Shown piece after piece: positions 1-6,616 of a DNA stretch of 12,089 nucleotides. The stretch covers positions 1 to 12,089 of the forward strand of contig CAVZRV010000052.1 in the NCBI GenBank assembly GCA_963777605.1. The letters run 5' to 3'. Within the stretch, counting starts at the first letter, position 1. Each line of letters begins with the position of its first letter. Under the pieces are notes generated by a model. It was not told the DNA's origin and made no database searches. It saw only the letters and a program-made list of their open reading frames with translations. Position numbers and translations under genes: made by a program. Origin of the DNA: an uncultured Acidobacteriota bacterium (GTDB lineage: Bacteria > Acidobacteriota > UBA6911 > RPQK01 > JAPXNP01).

Positions 1-626
1 AGCCGGTCCTCGACCTCGAGCTTGGCAAAGATGGAAGTCAGGTGATGGCGGACCGTGGCCTCGCTGATGAAAAGACGTGCCCCGATCTCCTTGTTGCGTA
101 GTCCCTGGGCGACCAGCGGAATAATTTCGAGTTCGCGGCTGGTGAAGGAGCGGATCCGCTCGGCGTCCGGATCGGGTTTGGATCCGGAGCGGCTGCGGAT
201 CGTCTGAAGCACCCGGGCGGTCAACCCCGGACTGAGCCAGGCTTCTCCCCGGCGGACGGTGTCAATGGCCTGGAGGAGGTCTTCGGTGGCTCGGTCCTTC
301 AGGACCACCCCCAGGGCGCCCCGGCAGACCGCTTCCTCGTGAACCGCCGGATCGCGGAGGCCGGTTAGCACGAGAATCCGAATTCCGGGAACAGAGCGAA
401 GGAGTTCCGGCAGCAGGTCGATCCCCGAATCCCGGCCCAGATCGAGATCGAGGAGCACCAGATCGGGCTTGCTCTCCTGAACCCGGGCGAGGCCGCCTCG
501 GGCGTCGCCTTCCTCACCGACCACTTCGAGGCCCGGGCGGGTCTCGATCAGCATCCGCAAGCCGGCCCGCACGATCGGGTGATCGTCGATGATCACGATT
601 CGGGTTGGCGTCTCTTCACGGTCCAT
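1..626 (-). CDS. NarL/FixJ (LuxR-type HTH) response regulator, 3' end outside the window
   Basis: Not in the ORF track because there is no stop in the window. Manual translation from ATG 626: MDREETPTRIVIIDDHPIVRAGLRMLIE...KPDLVLLDLDLG...RILVLTG...GVVLKD...FTSRELEIIPLVAQGLRNKEIGARLFISEATVRHHLTSIFAKLEVEDR. The REC domain keeps the DD, phospho-Asp, Thr and Lys positions, followed by a LuxR HTH. Alternative in-frame ATG at 647. Confidence 0.96.
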   Translation of the reverse strand, partial: MDREETPTRIVIIDDHPIVRAGLRMLIETRPGLEVVGEEGDARGGLARVQESKPDLVLLDLDLGRDSGIDLLPELLRSVPGIRILVLTGLRDPAVHEEAVCRGALGVVLKDRATEDLLQAIDTVRRGEAWLSPGLTARVLQTIRSRSGSKPDPDAERIRSFTSRELEIIPLVAQGLRNKEIGARLFISEATVRHHLTSIFAKLEVEDR

Positions 627-655
627 GGTCCCCCCCCCGGCTTGCATTGGGCTGA

Positions 656-2317
656 TCAGGTCGGGATCGTGGCTCGAACCACGGTCCGGCCTTCTTGATA
701 TGGGATCACTTCGAGGGTTCCCCCCAGGGCATCGATCCGCTCCTTCAGCGTCAGTGGAACAAAGGGTGAAACCGTTTCGTTGCACCGGTTTTCGACGCTG
801 ATTGTAACGCGGCCCGCTTCCGCTGTGATCGCGACCCTGGCTTCCCGGGCCTCGGTGTGGCGGCGAACGTTGCTCAGGCCCTCGGTCACGATCTGGAAGA
901 TCTCGAAAGCAGGGCGGCCCTCGAGTTCATTTCCCGATGAGGCCGAGAAATCCACCCGGATCCCGGTCGCCAGCGTGAAGCGGTCGATATAGCGGCGCAG
1001 CGACTGGATCGTGGATGCCGCCTGGTCGTCGGGCTGGCGCAGCCCCCCGACATAATCGCGCAGGCTGGAAACGGCTGAATCGGTCAGGTTGAGGAGGCGC
1101 CTCACGTCTTGTTCCGGCGATCCTCCTCCTTCCTCCAGGTTCTTGAGCACTGCCGCAAGCCCCAGCTTCAGGCCCAGGTAAGGTTGGATCACCCCGTCGT
1201 GAAGATCCCGTGCGATCCGTTTCCGTTCCTCCTCTGCCGCGGAGGTGGTCAGGCGGTCGATCAGGAGGATATTGTCCAGGGTCGGCGCAACCTGCCGAAC
1301 TACCTGGTCCAAAAAGACAACGTCGGAAGCGGTGAAGCGTCCCGCCGGGCCGCAGACGAAGAGTTGGGCCGACGCCGCCCGGATGCCGAAGGGGACACTT
1401 ACGAATCCTTCATGCCCGATCCAGTCCCCGAGTTCCCGCAGTTGAGGATCGGTCAGGTTGCGGCTGCGCAGTCGTCTCAACTCGAGTGTGAGCGACCGGC
1501 GGGGGAAGGGAATGCTCCAGAACCGGCGCCCTTCGACGAGCAGCCCGGTGCCCTCGGGAAGGGACATCAACCGGGCACCCATCTCCGCCGAAACCGGCAG
1601 TCGTTCGGAACGCGACCCCTCAGCCGAGCCCGCCCGGAACATGCTGAAGGAGCCGTCGTCGGAAGCGAGCAGGAGGAAGGTCGACTCGGCCGAGAAGAAT
1701 TCCCTGAGGCGGCCCAGCAGCGCGAAGATCGTGTGATCGACGCCGAAGCGGGGGTTCGAGGTGGCCCCGATCTCCCGCAGCAGTCGAATCTGGGCTCGTC
1801 CCCGCAGGTCGGTCTCCCCCCAGTAGGCGATCAGGAATCCGAGGATCAGGAGCCAGCTCGTCCGTAGCAGGAACCGGTTGACCTCGATCGCCTCCAGATT
1901 GGTGCTCGACAGGATGCTGATCGCGATAAATAGCCCGGTCCCGGTCAGGGTGACGAAGAGCCCCCGGACGAAACCTTCCCGAAAGGAGGTCTCCAGAACA
2001 ACGAAAAAGAGGCCGTTGAAGAAGACGCTGTTCGATCCGCCGCTGAGCGCGATCAGGGAGAGAAAGAAGAGAAAGTCGATCCAGTGCGCCCGGCGCTCGA
2101 GTCGTCCGACCGCTTCGATCTGGACCACTACGCCGAGCAGCAGAAACCCGGCAAAGGCTAGATAGATCAACAGGGTGAGATAGGTCAGTTCGACGAAACG
2201 GGCCGGCTCCGAGGGATCGATCCGCGTAATGACCAGCATCGCCGCCGCCAGCACCAGCCGGATCGACGGCACCGTTACCGGGTTCGGAATGCTCTCGTCA
2301 AAAGAAACGCGTTTCAT
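656..2317 (-). CDS. Membrane-bound sensor histidine kinase (HisKA_3, NarX/DesK class), ~553 aa
   Basis: Several N-terminal hydrophobic helices, a GAF-like middle region, H-box EEERKRIARDLHDGVIQ, N-box EGLSNVRRH and C-terminal LKERIDALGGTLEV. Start placed at ATG 2317 (MKRVSF), overlapping the upstream stop as TGATG. The extra 71 aa in the 656..2530 ORF come from the upstream frameshifted gene. Confidence 0.92.
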   Translation of the reverse strand: MKRVSFDESIPNPVTVPSIRLVLAAAMLVITRIDPSEPARFVELTYLTLLIYLAFAGFLLLGVVVQIEAVGRLERRAHWIDFLFFLSLIALSGGSNSVFFNGLFFVVLETSFREGFVRGLFVTLTGTGLFIAISILSSTNLEAIEVNRFLLRTSWLLILGFLIAYWGETDLRGRAQIRLLREIGATSNPRFGVDHTIFALLGRLREFFSAESTFLLLASDDGSFSMFRAGSAEGSRSERLPVSAEMGARLMSLPEGTGLLVEGRRFWSIPFPRRSLTLELRRLRSRNLTDPQLRELGDWIGHEGFVSVPFGIRAASAQLFVCGPAGRFTASDVVFLDQVVRQVAPTLDNILLIDRLTTSAAEEERKRIARDLHDGVIQPYLGLKLGLAAVLKNLEEGGGSPEQDVRRLLNLTDSAVSSLRDYVGGLRQPDDQAASTIQSLRRYIDRFTLATGIRVDFSASSGNELEGRPAFEIFQIVTEGLSNVRRHTEAREARVAITAEAGRVTISVENRCNETVSPFVPLTLKERIDALGGTLEVIPYQEGRTVVRATIPT

Positions 2318-2521
2318 CACGCGATGACTTCTTCGCGCACGATGTGAAGTCGAATCACCGACGGCCGTTCCGACTCCTCGAAGTGACACTTCACCGCATC
2401 CCGAACCTGTTCCGGGAGGTCTTCGAGGCGATCGGCTTCCGGAAAAGATAGACGCACCCAAAGCTCTCGCCACATAACCACCTTCCGGAGCTTCCTCCAC
2501 CAGAAAGATGATTTCTTTCAT
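2317..2521 (-). pseudogene. Small HicB-like (antitoxin N-terminal fold) protein, 67 aa, split by one extra base near 2440-2446 (real lesion or sequencing error)
   Basis: MKEIIFLVEEAPEGGYVARALGASIF continues after a +1 shift as EADRLEDLPEQVRDAVKCHFEESERPSVIRLHIVREEVIA*. This fits the short HicB-like pattern EGGY.A......IFTEAD..EEL...VRDAV.CHF. The span is 205 nt, i.e. 204+1. Confidence 0.8.
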
Positions 2522-2578
2522 CGCAACCATAATAGACCATTCCTCAACTGCTTCGGACCCTTCAATCGGCTCAGTTCG

Positions 2579-2609
2579 CCGAGGGGAGCCGGGGGAGGGC
2601 TCCCCTCGG
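2579..2609. repeat. Perfect 12-bp GC-rich inverted repeat
   Basis: CCGAGGGGAGCC (2579-2590), 7-nt loop, GGCTCCCCTCGG (2598-2609). No U-tract follows on either strand. Confidence 0.75.
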
Positions 2610-2634
2610 GCGGGAACCTTGTATCGACGGTTGC

Positions 2635-2657
2635 CATCCCGGGAACGCCCCGGGATG
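2635..2657. repeat. 9-bp inverted repeat
   Basis: CATCCCGGG-AACGC-CCCGGGATG. Confidence 0.6.
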
Positions 2658-2690
2658 ACTCCGGAAGAGCATAGCCTTCACCCCGACCCG

Positions 2691-2764
2691 CGCGCATCGG
2701 AGGACCCTCCCATTTTGTATGGGAGGATCCGCCCATACAAAATGGGCGCTTTGTCCGATGCGCG
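2691..2764. promoter_or_regulatory. Nested 74-bp palindrome with two CCCAT-N5-ATGGG dyads; candidate operator between divergent transcription units
   Basis: CGCGCATCGGA (2691-2701) pairs with TCCGATGCGCG (2754-2764), CCCATTTTGTATGGG (2709-2723) pairs with CCCATACAAAATGGG (2732-2746), and central GGATCC (2725-2730) shares the same axis at 2727.5. The regulatory role is inferred. Confidence 0.6.
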
Positions 2765-2895
2765 AATCGAGGATGGTTCCGTACGATGATCCCGTGTGAT
2801 CCGACCGTGGGCCCGGGACCAGAGGTGGCGCCTCCGCGGGAGGGGGCGGAAACCTCAGTTGACCCCGGTTCATGAGTCTGATTCGGAGGGCTCCT

Positions 2896-3672
2896 ATGCG
2901 AAGACGATTCATCGAACCTGTACTGCTGCTTTTGGTTGTCGCAACCGCCATGATCCCCTCGGCTTCCGGGCAGGCCTCGGAGGCCGTAGCCATCCTGCAG
3001 GCGGCGGCGGAGGCTCACGGAGGAATCCAGAATATCGCCAAGATCCGCGACGCCCGCTTCTCCGGAGTCGCGACGACGCGTCGGGATGATCGGGTGGACG
3101 AATATCCGTTCATCACCCTGACGCGCGGCTTCAACCAGGTTCGCACCGAAGTCACCGCGCCCGGCTTCGAGCAGACGTCGATCAGCGACGGGGAGTATGG
3201 CTGGATCGTCCGAAACGGCGAAAAGCAGCCGCTGTTCACCCATCAAACGGCCAACCGGTTGGTCGAAGTCAATCCGGTCCTGGGCTTGCTCGCTGCCTTT
3301 GCCGCATCGCGACTGGAGTTGACCTACGACGGGCTGGTCCCTGACCCCTCGGGACCCGTTCACCAGGTTACCGCTACCCTTCGCGATACGGGTGCGGAGC
3401 GGATTAGTTCGGGGCATCCGCTGGACAGCCGATTCGAGATCCGCATCGATCCTCAAAGCCATCTCGTTTCCGTTCTGCGGTTCTCCCGAATGGAGCCGGA
3501 TGCGGACTCTCAAGCATCCGTCGACGAGTACGTGTACTCGGATTACCGCGTCGCCGAAGGCCTGCGGATCCCCTTCCACATCGAACACTGGCGCGCGGGC
3601 CGCCTCATCAAGGAGCTGCAGTTGAAGGATTTCTACTTGATGCAGCACGGTGCGATTTTCGTCGAGCCCTGA
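2896..3672 (+). CDS. Exported protein, 258 aa, probably LolA/lipoprotein-sorting-like beta fold; candidate Rhs accessory protein
   Basis: GGAGG at 2885-2889 precedes ATG 2896. Sec signal MRRRFIEPVLLLLVVATAMIPSASG|Q. Motifs ILQAAAEAHGG, TSISDGEYGW, IRIDPQSHLV and YSDYRVAEGLRIPFHIE are typical of LolA-like periplasmic proteins. Ends 20 bp before the Rhs start. Confidence 0.8.
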   Translation: MRRRFIEPVLLLLVVATAMIPSASGQASEAVAILQAAAEAHGGIQNIAKIRDARFSGVATTRRDDRVDEYPFITLTRGFNQVRTEVTAPGFEQTSISDGEYGWIVRNGEKQPLFTHQTANRLVEVNPVLGLLAAFAASRLELTYDGLVPDPSGPVHQVTATLRDTGAERISSGHPLDSRFEIRIDPQSHLVSVLRFSRMEPDADSQASVDEYVYSDYRVAEGLRIPFHIEHWRAGRLIKELQLKDFYLMQHGAIFVEP

Positions 3673-3692
3673 CCCGAGCGGAGGACAATCCC

Positions 3693-6527
3693 ATGAAACA
3701 GATTCGCCTTCTGTCGATCGCTTTGTTTGCCTTGATGACGTCGGTTGCGGCCCAGACCCGCTATGTCGATTCCAGAAACTCGACCGGAACGACACCCTTC
3801 GGCTCCTACGAGGGAACTATGGAGAACGTCGACCTCCGCAATCAGAACCTGAATATCGTAATTCCTCTCTTCACGCTGAAGGGGAGGAACGGGCTCGATT
3901 ACTCGGTCGTGACCCATTACAACTCGACCTACCACACCTGGAAGCCGATCCCGGACGATTTCACGCCGCCCACCTATGAACTGGTTTGGGTGGGCGGTCC
4001 AGACGCCTATTTTCAACTGAAGCCGAGCGCTACTCTCAGCTACCAGGACGAGATCTACTTGGACGGCGGCACTGAACTGCACACCAACCGCTACATATTG
4101 ACCGATATCGACGGCACCCGGCACGAGTTCGGCGTGCAACCGTCGGCGGGTGATGTCTACGGAGGGACCTGCAACAACCTGGAGACCTTCCGCACTACCG
4201 ACTCGAGTCATATGAAGCTCCAGGAAATCGTCGACAAGATGCACGTCGTGATCTATCAGAAGGACGGCACCCAGTTGGATTTCTCCACGACGACGCTCGG
4301 CTGGAACTACAAGCTGAACTGGATCCGGGACACCAACGGCAACAAGATCACGTTTCAGTACAACGTCCCGAAAGTCGGGTACACGTGCGGCTACCTGGTG
4401 ACGGATACGCTCGGCCGGGAGGTCTGCTTCCGGTACTCCACGGGAAACGAGGAGGTCCTGGTCAAAGAGTACGATGGAAACGAGAGCATCTACCGCATCA
4501 CGAATCGCACGTCGTCCACCAGTCAGATCCAGTTACCGGGTGGAGACACCAACAGCGCCTTGCGTTACGCCCTCCAGTATCAGACCACGAACCAGTTGTG
4601 CGATCCGGACAACTACTGCACGACCGCTTATGGCCCCGAGTACAAGCTGGATGTCATTACCTATCCCACCGGAGGCACGACGAACTACGACTGGGAATTG
4701 GGGACGTCTATCGGCGAGAGCCCGCAGCGGATTTACCAGAAGCTGGTCAATGCTCAGGACGGACAGGGAAATGGGACATGGAAGTACGAAAGGGGCGCGA
4801 GCACCAAAGTGACTCGGCCCGACAATACTTACAGTCTGCATTACTTCTCGCCGCTGCCGGGCTTCGGCACGGCCGAGAAGGAGGACAAGGTCGAATACTA
4901 CGAAAGCGGAGGCATCAAGAAGCGCACCATCGAGAAGACCTGGGATCAGCGCTTCGGAGACCCCCGGGTAACCGAGACCAAGATCACGCTCGAAAACAAC
5001 TACCAGTCGAAGACGGTCCAGGTCTACGACCAGCAAGGGTACTCGTCCGCGCTTGGAAACCTCACCAACGGCAACATCCTCGAAACCTGGGAGTACGGCT
5101 GGGGTTCGGGCGCCCCGGGAGCACTGGTGCGAAAAGCCATTCGAACCTTCCTCAATACGACCAGCTACAACGTTTCGAATCTGCACATTCTGGACCGCAT
5201 TACCGACGAGAGCGTCTACGACTCCGCCTCGGTGAAAAAGGCCCAGACGACGTACACCTACGACAACTACACCTCGCCTCGAACGCTGCTATCCGCATCG
5301 GGCGTCGTCCAGCACGATACGGCTTCGTTCGGGACCGGCTACACCACACGAGGGAACCTCTACCGGATCGGGCGCTGGCTGAACTCCCCTTCGTCGACCC
5401 TGTATACCTACTTCCGTTACGACATCTGCGGCAACGTCCGGGAGGAGACCGACCCTCGCGGATACACGTCGATGATCAACTACAACAGCACTTACCAGTT
5501 TGCCTACCCCTACTGGCTGGAAGACGCCGCCGGATTCGACACCTACCGGGAGTACTTCTTCGACAACACGAACAAGCGCGGCTTCGGTTACCTGAAGCGG
5601 GACACCGACATCAACAACAACCAGACCGACTACACCTACGACCTCTCGGGCCGCATCAAGACGATCAGTTACCCGGATGGCGGATTGGTCACGAACTACT
5701 ATTCCGACCGGGAACCGTCCTCGTTCAAGAGTTCCTCCTCCACGCCGCCGAAGATGAAAAGTCAAATCCGGATCGACACCGGGCTGGACCGCGTCGAGGT
5801 GACGGGCTTTGACGGGTTGGGGCGGATCCAGTCCCGCGGCGTCAGCAACGGGAGCCAGCAGGACTGGGTCTGGACGAAGTTCGACACCACGGGACGTCCC
5901 TGGCAGACGAGTAATCCCCGAACGCTTCTGCTCGGCAGTTCCGCCGACCTGCCCGTCGTTGGTGATTTCAACAAGTGGACGACGAACGACTACGACGCCC
6001 TCGATCGAGTCAAGAAGATCACGACGCAAGACGGGCAGTTTGTCACGATCAACTACTCCGGCTATCAGAAGACGGTCATCGACCAGGCCTCGATGCAACG
6101 GCGCGTCAACTACGACGCCCTCGGGCGGATCTCAACCGCTCTCGAACCCAATCCTGATTCGGCTAATCCGGACGATTTTGGGACAGGTTGTCTTGGGACA
6201 GGTTGTACAACATCCTACAGCTATGACGTCCTCGACAACTTGATTGGGGTGAGCCAGGGCACGCAGACCCGCAGCTTCGTCTACGACAGCCTGAGCCGGC
6301 TGACTTCGGAGACGAATCCGGAATCGGGCACAACCACGTACACGTACGACTCGAACTCGAACCTGACCCGCAAAACCGATGCCCGAAGCGTGCAGACGAA
6401 CTACAATAGCTACGACGTGATCAATCGTCCGGCCTCGATCAGTTATTCCGACAGGACCCCGACCGTGACCTTCACCTATGACTCGACTCTGGTGACGAAC
6501 GGCAAGGGAAGACGGACCGGGATGTAG
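3693..6527 (+). CDS. Rhs/YD-repeat protein, N-terminal 944 aa with Sec signal peptide; 5' part of a gene continuing to 8470
   Basis: GGAGGA at 3680-3685. Signal peptide MKQIRLLSIALFALMTSVAA|Q. N-terminal ENVDLRNQNLNIVIPLFTLKGRNGLDYSVVTHYNS segment and many YD repeats (YDICGNV, YDLSGRI, YDALDRV, YDALGRI, YDSLSRLTSETNPESG). Premature TAG directly after GKGRRTGM. Confidence 0.92.
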   Translation: MKQIRLLSIALFALMTSVAAQTRYVDSRNSTGTTPFGSYEGTMENVDLRNQNLNIVIPLFTLKGRNGLDYSVVTHYNSTYHTWKPIPDDFTPPTYELVWVGGPDAYFQLKPSATLSYQDEIYLDGGTELHTNRYILTDIDGTRHEFGVQPSAGDVYGGTCNNLETFRTTDSSHMKLQEIVDKMHVVIYQKDGTQLDFSTTTLGWNYKLNWIRDTNGNKITFQYNVPKVGYTCGYLVTDTLGREVCFRYSTGNEEVLVKEYDGNESIYRITNRTSSTSQIQLPGGDTNSALRYALQYQTTNQLCDPDNYCTTAYGPEYKLDVITYPTGGTTNYDWELGTSIGESPQRIYQKLVNAQDGQGNGTWKYERGASTKVTRPDNTYSLHYFSPLPGFGTAEKEDKVEYYESGGIKKRTIEKTWDQRFGDPRVTETKITLENNYQSKTVQVYDQQGYSSALGNLTNGNILETWEYGWGSGAPGALVRKAIRTFLNTTSYNVSNLHILDRITDESVYDSASVKKAQTTYTYDNYTSPRTLLSASGVVQHDTASFGTGYTTRGNLYRIGRWLNSPSSTLYTYFRYDICGNVREETDPRGYTSMINYNSTYQFAYPYWLEDAAGFDTYREYFFDNTNKRGFGYLKRDTDINNNQTDYTYDLSGRIKTISYPDGGLVTNYYSDREPSSFKSSSSTPPKMKSQIRIDTGLDRVEVTGFDGLGRIQSRGVSNGSQQDWVWTKFDTTGRPWQTSNPRTLLLGSSADLPVVGDFNKWTTNDYDALDRVKKITTQDGQFVTINYSGYQKTVIDQASMQRRVNYDALGRISTALEPNPDSANPDDFGTGCLGTGCTTSYSYDVLDNLIGVSQGTQTRSFVYDSLSRLTSETNPESGTTTYTYDSNSNLTRKTDARSVQTNYNSYDVINRPASISYSDRTPTVTFTYDSTLVTNGKGRRTGM
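6178..6206 (+). repeat. 15-bp-period tandem duplication within the Rhs gene
   Basis: TTGGGACAGGTTGT at 6178-6191 and 6193-6206, encoding FGTGC-LGTGC. Confidence 0.8.
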
Positions 6528-6616
6528 GATACGGCGCTCGGGGACCAAGACCTTCCACTACGATTCGATGGGCCACACCTCGAAAATCGTCTGAGCAGAC
6601 GGCGGACTTCGAGTAG

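Noticed and set aside
630-638. C9 tract (G9 on the minus strand) as a phase-variation switch for the regulator
   Set aside because: It would matter only if the 647 start is used. It can equally be the RBS region for ATG 626, and there is no evidence of length variation.
656-2530. 624-aa kinase as given by the ORF track
   Set aside because: The N-terminal 71 aa are a HicB-like start plus out-of-frame sequence; the kinase most plausibly starts at 2317.
2579-2657. Rho-independent terminators
   Set aside because: The hairpins lack U-tracts and lie between divergently transcribed 5' ends.
2518-3795. 425-aa minus-strand ORF and other long antisense or alternate-frame ORFs (e.g. 1109-1867, 4385-5812, 5289-6098, 10714-11709)
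   Set aside because: They are shadow ORFs of GC-rich genes, overlap well-supported CDSs and show no recognisable motifs.
6525-6616. Stop-codon recoding or programmed readthrough in the Rhs gene
   Set aside because: The stops come with frame changes, and TGA is used as an ordinary stop throughout the window.
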